Assembly: GCA_009914755.4 (NCBI GenBank)
Contig: CP068257.2
Coordinates: forward strand, 41,312,001-41,376,000
Direction of reading: 5' to 3'
DNA from: the human T2T-CHM13v2.0 reference genome, Homo sapiens
DNA: 64,000 nucleotides
The translations under genes were made by a program, and so were the position numbers. The notes beneath the pieces are model-generated. The model searched no databases, was not told the DNA's origin, and saw only the letters and a program-made list of their open reading frames with translations. Below, one piece after another: positions 19,933-31,959 of this stretch (the stretch's first letter is position 1; each line of letters opens with the position of its first letter).

Positions 19933-21792
19933 GTGCTGGGAACCATTTTCTAAACATGGCCCCAGGATCAAATCCATTCCACACTTGCATGGGCACATGT
20001 GCCAGTTTTGTCGTATCTCTAACTATGTCTTCAACTGCTTGCCCTTCATTATCTATGTGTACGCAGCAATTAGTAAGGTTAAATTTCCTACAGACCTTTC
20101 CTTCAGCTGCTAGCAAGTAGTTGAGAGCTAATCTATTTTGACATATAGCATTTCTCATCTGAGCTTCTTGCCAGGCCACAATAGTCAAGGCTCTGCTGGT
20201 TTTATTAATGTTTATTTTTAAGACAGCTTGTAACTGTATGATTCGGTTGATCATGTAAATGGGGGTCCGGTATCCCCACGAGCCGTCTTGTGCCTAAGTA
20301 GCAGGACTATAATGTTGTATGATTCTCTCAGGGGGCCATTTATCATTTTTTCAATTTCTTATGGCTACGATTCTCTTTTCGCGGGAAGAATAGACAGGGA
20401 AGCCCAGGAGTTCGCCTGTTTTTTTGGGCAGTAGGAAGAAAGATGGCTTAATAGTACCAATAACACAACTACCTGCCTACTGGTCAGGTAATTTGGCGTA
20501 AGCTCTGTGCCTACATATCCAGTATAATCCAGTGGGGGCTGTCCAGTCCTGGTGGGACTCCGGGTGGGTCCACACAGTTTGCAACTTTGGGAATTTACTA
20601 AATGGATTTCTCTCTGTGTGATTTGAACTGGAGTTCACTGGAGTCCACCAAGTGACTGTTTTTGTGGTATCATTATACAGTTTCTGTCTCCGACAACTAA
20701 GTCGTCCTCTGGGGTGAGTGAATTCTCTTCCTTCTCTAGCTATGCAATATTGTCTAATAATTGAGGCTTTTAGGACCAGAAATTATCAGGGTGATTCTTT
20801 TGAGCCGGGAATTCATCAGGAACTGGGTCTGTAGGTACTAATTCTCGGGCTTCCCATGGCCATTGATCTCTTATTACAGCTTCTCCACATACATAGCATG
20901 AAGTGACATTGAGAGACTGGGCTATATGCTCAACTAATTTCAAAAACAAATTTCTTGTTTTTCCTGAAATTTCTGGTACTGGCACATTTAGTTCATCATA
21001 GGAAGTTTGAAACACTGGCTCAGGAAAGCGTTTGTAAACTTCTCCTTGAACCAAGATATTTAGTTGAGGATCCAGTCTGGCCCAATCAATTCCTAAGGTC
21101 ATGCGCTCCTCTGTTTTTCTAGCGAGGGTCAAGGGGCTTGGTTATTACTAGCTCTAAGGGGTTACATTGTCCCTTAGTACAGGAAGGGCCATTTTTTCCT
21201 TTCTGAAGGTGGACTGGATCTTTTTCATTTTCTTTTTGTCCAAGTGGCCAAAATGACACAAGACCAGTGTTTACATTTATTTCCACACAGTGCTAATTTA
21301 TGACAGATGTATTTATTTTCTGCCATATAGCCTTTTCTAATGAAGAGAACCACAACTTATTCCTAACTTACTACTATTAATGACAGCATAGGCATCAAAT
21401 TTTAAGATGAATTGTTTGGGCACCCCTTTTTCTTCTGTTTTGGCTAACACTTCACTCGTATCATTTATGAGTCCACACCAGTCCTCAGTCCTTAATCTTA
21501 TTTTAAAAACTATGGTCATGGGAGGCTCAGATGGGTCATAACACACATCAGGTTGGTCATTTCCTGGGCTACATACTTTGTATAGAATAACATTACACGA
21601 ACAAGTTCTTTTTAGAGTTCCAGTACACTTATAATAACCATAAAATAATAGGACCATAGCAACCTTTTGTCCTACCTCAGTGACTTGATGTATACAATGG
21701 GAACTGTCCTTAGTCTGAGGAAGGTCATTTGAAGTCCTTACTGTAAAAGTCCAAATTTTAAGAAAAATGAGTCCCGCAATGGGTTTTCTCAT
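19933..21792 (-). pseudogene. env remnant of copy B (surface subunit from the signal peptide at 21792, through the transmembrane immunosuppressive-domain region at 20254-19933)
   Basis: ORF 21337-21792 is MRKPIAGLIFLKIWTFTVRTS.. (signal peptide and surface-subunit N-terminus). ORF 19811-20254 is ..QNRLALNYLLAAEGKVCRKFNLTNCCVHIDNEGQAV.., an immunosuppressive-domain motif with a CX(n)CC loop. Confidence 0.75.
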
Positions 21793-21934
21793 GCTTCGGC
21801 TGTGTGTGGACCAGTCAGCTTCCAGGTGTGACTGGAGTAGGGCTTGTCGTCTTCTTCAGAGTCACTTTGCAGGGGTTGGCGAAGCTGCTCCCCTCCACGT
21901 ACTGCTCACAGTCTACTGATGTTCAAGGATGGTC

Positions 21935-22330
21935 TCAGAGGTTAGGCCTGCTAGAATAAACTGAGTCCAACACCTTTACACAGTTATGTTCAACTGGGCT
22001 CTCTGATACCGGGAGAAATGTGGTGGGGTTTAGGGTGTTGCAAACTTCAATGGTTATGTGGGGATTTTCAAATAGCATGATTTGGTACTTGGTTAATCTA
22101 TCATTTGTTAACCAATGATATCCTTTGGTATTTATTAAGGTTACCACAGCATGGGGGGTCTTTATATTCAGATTTTGCTTAAGGGTTAGTTTATCTGCTT
22201 CTTGTGCTAACAGGGCTGTTGCTGCCAGGGCCCTTAGACGTGGGGCCAGCCTTTGGAAACCCTGTCTAGTTGTTTTGAGAAATAGACCACTAGCCTTGAC
22301 CAGGGCCCCACAGTCTGGGTTAAAACTCCA
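21935..22330 (-). pseudogene. pol RT-connection / RNase H-start remnant of copy B
   Basis: ORF 21935-22147 reads ..LTKYQIMLFENPHITIEVCNTLNPTTFLPVSESPVEHNCVKVLDSVYSSRPNL, homologous to copy A 10409-10594. Confidence 0.8.
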
Positions 22331-22389
22331 ACTGCCATTTTTTCTCTTTCTGACACATAGAATGTTGAGTTTTGTCAGGTCAGGTAGCC

Positions 22390-23917
22390 TCAGGGCTGGA
22401 GCTGACGTGAGTTTTCTTTTAACTCATGAAAAGCTCGTTGCTGTTGGTTGTAATAGATGTAGTTTATCCAATCTACATTTTTATTAACTGTCACCTACCA
22501 AAATATTGACTCAAATCCTGCAGCTATTTGATTTCAAGCTTTAAATTGATCTGGTATTCCTCGTGGGACTCCAATTGCGTCTAAATAGACATGAGAGTTG
22601 AAAGACCCCTAAGGAGCTTCTCTCGCTTTATGATGTCTTATTGATGAAATGCCAGGGTGAAAGGGATAGCCAACCGGACTAAAGTACAAGTGCCACTCCA
22701 GTTATTCGGCAGAGTGCCCAGTAAAGGTCCACCACAATACCACCACACATCCGCTCAGGGATGAACAAGGGCTGCCTCATTGATAAGCTCTTGAAAATTC
22801 TTATGCTTCACTGCATCCTTTCAGGTCTCCAAGGAACACGAAGTTTCCTCCCTGTCATGAGAGACACGAAGTGAACTTAGTGTTGGGAGACGGAGGTTGG
22901 ATGGCCCTCAGGGGCTGACCCACAGGGTGCTGGACTTTGGGATATAGCAGAGAGAGCTTGGCACGACTTATTACTCCAGGCCGTAGAATCCTGGAAAAGA
23001 GCTACCATGCAGCCCACACCTGGTCAACTGGAGGACCACCTTAGTGGAAAGGGGACAATCTGGGCCTCTGGCCTGCCATGTGCACAAGCATAACAATTGG
23101 TTTTATTTAATGTCAAATGGAATATTTGATCCATTTTAACTAGGCATTTGCATCTTGGTATCCTGTCTTAATTGATAAAGTTTGTTTTAAGTCTTTAACT
23201 TCTATGATCCTCTAGTAAAATGAATGTATGGTTTTAGGAAATTATAAAAACCGGTTGGGTCAGTCCGTCCTTGCTCTTTAGTGGTCCACAGGACGTTGGA
23301 CCAACTATGGCATGAAAGCTCTACGTCAGGGGGCAAGACTCCTAGTTGGCACTGGGGTGTTTATTGAAATCTCCCCGGATTAAATGGTCCTCGTTTACTA
23401 ATGCCCAGTCTGAGGAGAGTCAGGAGGGGCAGAGATACTTTTCTGAAGTAGAAAGCTGTCTTGGATTTGGCAAGTCCCCACAGGGTATAACAAGGCAAGA
23501 ATTAAATGCAATAGTTTGAGGTGAAATTGATTTGATTATGTTAATAACTATATGGTCAACAATAGAATGAGGAAAGAAGAAAGAGTAATAGAGTAGATGA
23601 AAAGAGTTACATTTTTCTTAGCTTTAGTTTGGTAGGGTTTTCCCCTGGGACTATGGCCCCCACCTCTGGAGGGGGTGGCGCTTTCTTGACTTGGGTGTGA
23701 TGAGTCCATCTTTTTTTTTTTCTGTAAAAACAGCAGTCTTGGTGGTTAGCAGGACAAGGTAGGGTCCTTCCCAGGCGGGCTCAAGTTTTTCTTCTTTCCA
23801 CCCTTTGATGAGAACGTGATCTTCAGGCTGGTGCTGATTTACTGGAAATTCTAGCGGTGGTACATGTGCTAAAAGACTTTTAGTTTTTGAGAGAAAGGAA
23901 AGTGGAAGATAAACCAA
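22390..23917 (-). pseudogene. Extra ERV segment present only in copy B: integrase C-terminal domain (23651-23917) followed by a degraded env-surface-like region
   Basis: ORF 23651-23917 reads ..FPVNQHQPEDHVLIKGWKEEKLEPAWEGPYLVLLTTKTAVF. Compare the MLV integrase C-terminus ..[31 protein letters not shown]. Downstream on the minus strand there is a possible CxxC surface-subunit motif (TNCYACAHG) and many stops. Confidence 0.6.
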
Positions 23918-23919
23918 GT

Positions 23920-24863
23920 ATATAATTTTTAAGAAACTGACCTTTTGTTTTAAATGTGGGGACCTTGGCAGTGGACTTTATAGTCCTTAGTGTCTTTTTA
24001 CTGAGAAATTTCCTTTAGCACCTATTTTTATTAGTTTTTAAACCAAAGAAAGCCAAATACCATTTTACATTTAACAATGCTTCTTGTATGATTTTTATAC
24101 CAGATAAGCTAAATGTTATGTTTATATTAGTGTGTTATTAATGTTAAACCTAATTTTAATAAAAGCCTGTAGACATATTTATCTAATTTTTAATGTTTGA
24201 CCGTAAGTTACGATTTTATAGACTCTTTTTAACCTTTCATAATTTTTGCTAAAGAGCAGGTTGGTGCTTTAAGAAAAACCTGTTATGCTTTTACTTTAAT
24301 GTCTAGTTCACAGAAAAACTGGATGATACTTCTTTAACTTTAGCAAATATGTTTATACACAGAATTTCCTTTACAATTAATGTTTTAAAATTTGCTTAAA
24401 CCTTCAAAACAATAAATTTTTAACTTTTTAATGTAGGTAAAAATGTACATTCTTATGCCTCCTTATAATCCTTTTACCAAAGATATATTTTACTTTTCTT
24501 ATACACCTTGCACATAAACTGTTGTTTTTTTTTTTTTTTCAATAGTTTTACATTCAGGAGGCCTAGTTACTTTTAAATTATACAACATTTTTTGCATAAA
24601 TTCTTTTTTATAACATTTTTCTCTTTCTTGACTTTTGCAGACAATTCTTCCACATGCCTCAACTTTCTGACTTATTACAAATATTTCTTTCTTTAAACAA
24701 CCAGTTAATTTATTTCAGGACAAGAATTTACCATATAATACTCTTTTTATATAAATTCCACCCGCCCCCTTTTTTTTCCTTTTTTTTTTTTTTTCCCTTA
24801 GGATACTTCTGAACTGGTGAGATGTGCTCACAATGAGGTTTCCTCTAAAAGTTATTCTTTTTC

Positions 24864-24894
<31 letters not shown>

Positions 24895-24940
24895 GTTAGC
24901 GAAGCAGTTGCCGCTACAGATTGAATGCATTTGGGCCATC
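23920..24940. repeat. AT-rich low-complexity segment with several poly-T runs (poly-A in the copy B sense), inside copy B
   Basis: Seen in the sequence. No recognisable element. The 24865-24897 run corresponds to the copy A poly-A at 10143-10185. Confidence 0.6.
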
Positions 24941-25129
24941 CGCGGGTTATGGGGTTAAGGATTTTTGATAGGAAGGCCTCAGTGCTTTCGGGATATGCCC
25001 TTGTTTACACTGACAACAAAGTGGTATCGGACTGTTATAGGGTTACGGAGAATACCTTCAATTATCAATTATAGGTTTTAAATTTACCTTGGCTTTTAAA
25101 GAATAGGGTACACTTTTTTTTAACTACTT

Positions 25130-25350
25130 GTATATCTCTTTCTTTCTTTCTCTCTTTGACTTTGTCTCTCTCTTTCTGACTTTCCTTTTGCCTCTGTCTC
25201 TTCCTCTCTCTGCCTCTCTCTTTCTCTCTCTCTCCTTGACTCCCTCTTTGTCTGTTCCTCTCTGTCTCTTCCTCTCTCTCTTTTCCTCTCTTCCTCTCTG
25301 TCTCTTTCCTCTCTCTCTCTCTGCTGCTCTTTCCTTGCCTCTGCCATCTG
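25130..25350. repeat. (TC)/(TCTC)-rich microsatellite, about 220 bp, expanded relative to about 100 bp at copy A 9850-9950
   Basis: Seen in the sequence. Gives rise to the Arg/Glu-rich and Leu/Ser-rich spurious ORFs at 25120-25416. Confidence 0.85.
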
Positions 25351-25369
25351 CTTATGCTGCTGTTCTCTC

Positions 25370-25600
25370 AACCGCTGTGTGTTGGGGGCGTGGGGTCTAA
25401 AACCAGCTGTAACCAAGTGTCTATGTACGGGAACTGGTCTGGGTGCCCTGGCTTACAGGTTACTTTGTGCCATACCTTTGAAACAAGGGACCTGTCCAGG
25501 CTTCCTTCTAATGGCCAATCTACCTCTAATGCTGGCCGGTCTATCTTACACAAAGTTTTAAGTTTTCCTAGTGTCACAGTACTCCATAGTCTCTCTTAAA
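25370..25600 (-). pseudogene. gag matrix N-terminus remnant of copy B
   Basis: ORF 25368-25577 reads ..LCKIDRPALEVDWPLEGSLDRSLVSKVWHKVTCKPGHPDQFPYIDTW. Confidence 0.8.
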
Positions 25601-26178
25601 TTCTTTTTTTGAAATTTTCCAACATAGTTCCTAGTAGGGTGGGCTTATTTGTGCCTGACCTATGCTTCTTTGAGACAAAATACCATGCTCACTCCACACG
25701 CACACCACAAAACAAAAAAATGGGTAAAAAGGGCACACACACAGTTTTGCAGTTTGCACCAAACAAAAATCAAAACCAAAATCAGAGTAACCAGAAATCT
25801 AAGCCAGGTCAAAACCAAAACCAAAGTATCAAGCAATCCAAGTCAAATCAAAAACAAAAACCAAAGTGCCGGTACAGGCACGCTGTGGGTGATCAGGCCA
25901 TGCTTCCACTCAAATGGAGTGGGCAAGTTCTCAAGACCAGTCCCGTCAAGCAATTCAAACCAAGTCAAAACCAAAACCAAAGTGCCTGTACAGGCACGCC
26001 GTGGGTGATCAGGCCACGCTTCCACTCAAACGGAGTGAGCAAGTTTCAAAGACCAGTCTTACCAAGTTTCAGATGTGCAGACTCCAAGTGCCTGTTCCTT
26101 CCAGGTGTTCAGCCACTGCATTGATCCTCCACGGGGGCCTGCCACACACTGCTCTGGGGGGCGTCCCACCGGGACAAA

Positions 26179-29100
26179 TGCCTCATATTCGTTATATCCT
26201 CAGGGGATGTTACTTCTAATGTCACACGAGGTGTTCTCCCTGTGTTCTATTTCATAATATCCTAGGGCAATTTTACTTTTAATGACACCAGGTTGTACAC
26301 ATTGTGACATTATTCATGATATTCTAGAAAGATGTTGCTCCTAATGTCACAGGGGTGTAAACCCTGTGATAGTATTCATAATTTCCCAGGGGTCTGTACT
26401 CCTAATGTCACAGAAGATAACACTCTGTGACATTATTCATAATATTCTAGTGAGATGATACTCCTAATGTCACAGGGGGTGTACACCCTGTGCTATTATT
26501 CTTACTATTCTAGGGGGATGTTATTCTTATTGTCACAGGTGTGTTCCTTCTGTGATATTATTGAAAATATGCTAGCAGGATATTACTACTAATGTCACAA
26601 TACATCTTGTGATATTATTAGTAATATTCTGGGGGGATGTTACCCCTAATGTTACAGGGGTGTACACCGTGTGATATTGTTCCCAATATTGTAGGGGGAT
26701 GTTACTCCTAATGTCACAGGGGGTGTACACCCTTAGATATTATTTGTAATCTTATAGAGAGATATTATTTGTAATATCTTAGAGAGATATAACTCCTAAT
26801 ATCCCAGTGGGTGTACCCCATGTGTGTACACCCTGTGATATTATTTGTAATATCCATGGTAAACATTACTTCTAGTATCCCACAGAGGGTACACCCTGTG
26901 ATATTTTTCATAATATCGTAGGGAGATATTGCTTCTAATAACACAGTGGGTGTACACCATGTGTGTACACTCTGTGATGTGATAGCTTATATCCTAGGGA
27001 GATATTCCTTCTAATATCCCAGTGAGTGGACACCCTGTGATATCATTCGTAATCTCCTAGGTAGATGCTGCTGCTAATATCACAGAGGGTGTGCCCCCAG
27101 TGACATTATTCATAATATCCTAGGGAGATGTTACTCCTAATGTCACAGGGGGAGTGCGCCCTGTTATATTATTCATAATCTTCTATGGGGGGGTTACTTT
27201 TAAAGTCACAGGGGTGTACACCCTGTGATGTTATTCGTAATATCCTAGGAAGAGGTTACTCCTAATATCACATGGGTTATCCTAGGAAGAGGTTACTCCC
27301 AATATCACACTCCTAATATCACACCCTGTGATAGCATTCGGAATATCCAAAAGGGACGTTACTTTTAATGTCACATGGGGTGTACACTTTTTGAGATTAT
27401 TCATAAGATCCTAGGGACATACTACTTCAAATATCACATGGGTGTACACACATGGTGTACACATTATGTGTGAACACCTACTGTGATATTACTCATAATA
27501 TCCTAGGAAAATGGGACTCCTAATATCACAGTGAGTGTACATACTGTGATATCATTTGTAATATCCTAGGGGAATATTACTCCTAAACCAAAGGCGTGTG
27601 TACCCTCATGATAGTATTCATAATACTCTAGGGAGATGTTACTCCTAATGTCATATCACAGGGGTGCACACCCTGTGATAGTCACAGTATATGAGAGGGA
27701 TATTAGCACTGAAGTCACAATGTGTGTACACCTTGTGATATTATTCATAATATCCTACGGGGATGTTACTCCTATTGTCACAGGGGGTGTGTTCGCTGCG
27801 ATAGTATTCATAGTCTCCTAGACGGATGTTACACCTAATGTCACAGGGTGTGTACATCTTGTTATATTATTCGCGATATCCTAAAAAGACATTACTCCTC
27901 ATGTCACAGGGGCTGTATACCCTGTGATATTATTCGTAATATCCTAGTAAGATATTACTTTTAATGTCACAGAGGGTGTACACCTTTTGAAATTATTTGT
28001 CACAGTTTCGTGGGCTGTTACTCCTAATGTCACACGGGGTGCACACTGAATGATATTACTTGTAATATTCTATAGAACTCTTACTCATAAATCACAGGTG
28101 TTCTACACCTTGTAATGTTATTGGTCATATTCTAGGGGACTGTTCCATCAATTAATGTCACCCGGGGTGTACACCTTGTGATATTATTCGTAATATCCTA
28201 GCAGGATGTTACTACTAATGTCACAATACGTGTATACCCTCTGATATTATTCATTATATCCTCACGGATTATTACTCCTATGTCACACGGGGTGTACTCC
28301 CTGTGATATTATTCGGAATATCTTAGGGGGATTTTGCTTTTAATGTCACAGGGGGTGTACACATTGTGATATTACTCGTGATGTTCTAGAAAGATGTTAC
28401 TCCTAATGTCACAGGGGGTGTACACCCTGTGATATTACACAGGCTAACCCCCTGTGACATTATTCGTAATATTTTAGCAGGATGATACTCCTAAAGTCAC
28501 AGGAGGTGTACGCCCAGTGATATTATTCAGAATATTCCAGGGGGATGTTACTCCTAATGTCACAGGTGTGTATACCCTGTGATATTATTCACAATATACT
28601 AGCGGGATATGACTACTAATGTCACCATGTGTGTACACCTTCTGATATTATTCATAATATCCTGGGAGGATGTTACTCCTAACATCACAGGGGTGTACAC
28701 CCTGTGTTATTATTAGTAATATTCTAAGGGGATTTAACTTTTAAAATCACAGGGGGTGTCAACCCTGGGATCTTATTCGTAATATCCTAGGAAGATGTTA
28801 CTCTTAATGTCACATGGGGTATACAGCCTGGGTTATTATTTGGAATATCCTAAAGGGATGTTATCTTAATGTCATGGGGTGTGTACACTCCTTGATATTA
28901 TTCATAATATCCTAAGGAGGTATTACTTTAAAAATCACAGTGGGTGTGCACACGTGGTGTACATCCGTGATATTATTCACAATATCTGACTGAGGTATGA
29001 CTTTTAATATCACAGTGGGTGTACACCCTGTGATATTATTTGTAATACCCTAGGGAGATGCGATTCCTAATGTTACAGTGGGTGTACACTCTGTGATATT

Positions 29101-29935
29101 ATATGTAATGTCCTAGGAAGATATTACTCCTAATACCAAAGTGGGTGTACACCATGTGTGTACACTCTGTGATATAATCCGTAATATCCCAGAGAGATAT
29201 TTCTCCTAATATCACAGTGGTTGTACACTCTGTGATATTATTCGTAATATCCTAGAGAGATATTGTTCCCAATTTCACAGTGGGTGTTCACCCTGTGATA
29301 TTATTCATAATATCCTAGAGAGATATTATTCCTAGTATTACAGCGTGTGTACACCATGGGTGAACACCCTGTGATGTTATTCATAATATCCTAGGGGGAT
29401 ATTACCCTTAATATCACAGTGGGTGTACACCATGTGTTTCTATTTTGTGATGCTATTCATATGTTAGAAAGTTATTAGTCCTAGTGCCACAGTGGGAGTA
29501 TACCATGTGTGTACCCTCTGTGATGTTATTTGTAATATCCTAGGGAGATAGTTCTCATAACATCACCATGGGTGTACATCATGTATGTACACCCTGTGCT
29601 GTTATTGGTTATGTCCTGGGTAGATATTACTCCTAATATCACCATGGGTGCACACCATGGGTGTACATTCTGTGATGTTATTCGTAATATCCTAGGGAAA
29701 TATCACTCCTTATGTCATAGTGGGTGTACAGCCTGTGATATTATTGGTAATGTCCTTGGGATGTATTTCTCTTGTTATCGCAGTGGGTGTACACCCTGTA
29801 ATAGTATTTGTAATATCCTAGGGAGATATTACTGTATACCCTGTGATATTGTTTGTGACATTTTAGGTAGCTGTTTCTCCTAAAGTCAGAGTGGGTGTAC
29901 ACCCTGTAATATTCTTCCTAATATCACAGTGGGTG
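26179..29935. repeat. Tandem satellite array 1: about 61-bp unit (range 60-63) x about 61 copies. Unit consensus is roughly GTGTACACCCTGTGATATTATTCRTAATATCCTAGGGGGATGTTACTCCTAATGTCACAGGGG.
   Basis: A regular periodicity of ctaatgtcac is seen at 26341, 26401, 26463, 26526, 26587 and so on. Copies are homogeneous. A variant block carries a duplicated gtgtacaccatgtgtgtacac. Confidence 0.9.
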
Positions 29936-31950
29936 TACACCATGTGTGGTATTTTTTCTAATATCCAGTGGGGGAGAGGATGATAGTGCTTCCAATATCA
30001 CAGAAGGTGTACACCCCCCTGTGATATGGTTCCTAATATCCAGGGAAGGACAGGATGACATTATTCCCAATATCACTGGGGGGTGTACCACCCCCCGCCG
30101 GGATGTTGTTCTTAATATCCGGGGGTGGAGAGAATGATATTACTCCCAATATCACAGGAAGTGTACACAACCTCTGTTTGATATTGTTGGTAATATTCCG
30201 GGGGGCAGAGGATGATATTACCTCCAATATCGCAGGGTGTGTAAACACCTTCTGTGATATTGTTCCTAATGGCCTGTGAAAGAGAAAATATTACTCCCAT
30301 TATCGCACGGGTGTTCACCCCGATGACATTGTTTTCTAATATCCAGGGAAGGAGAGTATGATATTACTCCCAATATCACAGGGGGTGTACACCTTTTTGT
30401 GACATTGAGTCTAATATCCAGGGAAACAGAGGATGATATTACTCCCAATGTCGCAGAGGGTAGACACCCCCCTGGGATATTGTTCCTAATATCCCAATGG
30501 AGAGAGGATGATATTACTCCCAATATCAAAGGAAATGTACACCACCCCTGCGATATTGTTCCTAATATCCAGAGAAGAAAAGAATGATATTACTCCCAAC
30601 AGCGTAGGAAATGTATACCCGTGCTGTGATATTTTTCCCAATATCTGGGGTGGGGGGGAAGAGGATCATATTACTTCCAATATCGCAGGGTGTGTACACC
30701 CCCTCTGTGATCTTGTTGCTAACATCCAGGTTTAGGGAGGACGACATTACTCCCAATATCGCAGGGGGAGTACACCCCCCGTGACCTAGTTAGTAATTTC
30801 CTGGGTGGAGAGGATGATATTACTCCCAATATCGCAGGGGGTGTACACAGCCCTGTGATATTGCTCCTAATATCCAGAGCCAAAGAGGATGATATGACTC
30901 TTAGTATCGCAGAGGGTGTACACCCCTCCTGTAATATTGTTCTTAATACCCTGGGAGGGAGAGGATAAGATTACATTGAATATCGCAGGGAATGTACACC
31001 CTCCCCCTCTGAGACCCTTCCTAATATCCAGGGGAAGAGAGGATAATTTTGCTCCCAATAGCCCAGAGGCAGTACACCTCCCCTGTGATATTGTTCCTAA
31101 TATCCAACGGGGGAGAGGATGATACTTCTCCCAATATCGCAGGGGTGTTCACATCCCCAGTTACATTTTTCCTAATATCTAGGGGAGAGACAATTATATG
31201 ACAGCAAATGTCTCAGGGTCTGTACATCCCTTCCTGATATTGTTCCTCATATCCAGGGGGGAAGAGGATGATGTCAAATATCAAAGGGGGTGTACACCCC
31301 CCACCACGATATTGTTCTTAATATTCATGAGGGGAACGATGATGTTACTCTGAATGTCGCAGGGGTTTTTCACACCCCCTGTGATATTGTTGCTGATATC
31401 CACAGTGGGAGAAAATAATATTACTTCCAATATTGCAGGTGGTGTATACCCCACCTGAAATATTGCACTGAAAATCCAAAGAGGGAGAGGATGGTATTAA
31501 TACCAATATCGAAGTGTGTGTACACGCCCCTTGTGATATGGTTTTCAATATCCAGGGGGCGGGAGGATGATATTAGTCCCAACATCACAGAGAGTGTACA
31601 CTACCCCTGTGATATTGTCCCTAACTTCCAGAGGGGAGAGGATGATATCACTCCCAATATCTCAGAAGTGGTACATCCCCCGTGATATTGTTCGTCATAT
31701 CCACAGAGGCACAGGATGACATTACATTGAATTTCGCGACAGGCGTACACGCACACTGTGATATTGTTCCTAATATCCAAGAAGGGAGAGGATGATATTA
31801 CTCCCAATAAAGCAGTGGGTATACATTACCCCTGTGTTATTGTCTCTAATATCTGGGGACGGGGGGCGGGGGAGAGGATAACATTCCCTCAAATTTGGCA
31901 GGTGGTTTGACGCCCCTTGTGGAATTGTTTTTAATATCCAGCGGGGAAGA
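29936..31950. repeat. Tandem satellite array 2: about 76-bp unit (range 75-78) x about 26 copies. Unit consensus is roughly GTGTACACCCCCCTGTGATATTGTTCCTAATATCCAGGGGGAGAGGATGATATTACTCCCAATATCACAGGGG. It is homologous to the array 1 unit, with an insertion of about 14 bp (GAGAGGATGATATT).
   Basis: Periodic caatatcac/gcagggg occurs at 29994, 30069, 30148, 30226, 30371, 30447 and so on. Confidence 0.9.
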
Positions 31951-31959
31951 CAGTAATAC

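Larger units (their letters stand above)
19933..26178 (-). mobile_element. Copy B: inverted second copy of the mosaic HERV-E-like provirus. Truncated at its 3' end (no env end, no 3' LTR) and at its 5' end (no LTR, no primer-binding site, half of the leader missing).
   Basis: The reverse complement of 26178-25370 matches copy A 9058-9830 (leader, gag matrix). 22330-19933 matches copy A 10190-12560 (pol connection, env). Divergence is about 10%. It carries an extra 2.5 kb (22390-24860) that copy A lacks. Confidence 0.8.

Noticed and set aside
25120-25416. The Arg/Glu-rich ORF (REREERDREEERKRERGRDREE) and the overlapping Leu/Ser-rich ORF
   Set aside because: These are translations of the (TC)n/(GA)n microsatellite.
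26179-31950. A CRISPR-like reading of the regular repeats
   Set aside because: The sequence is eukaryotic (Alu, ERV and L1 rich). The repeats are contiguous, with no unique spacers and no cas genes. It is a satellite or VNTR.
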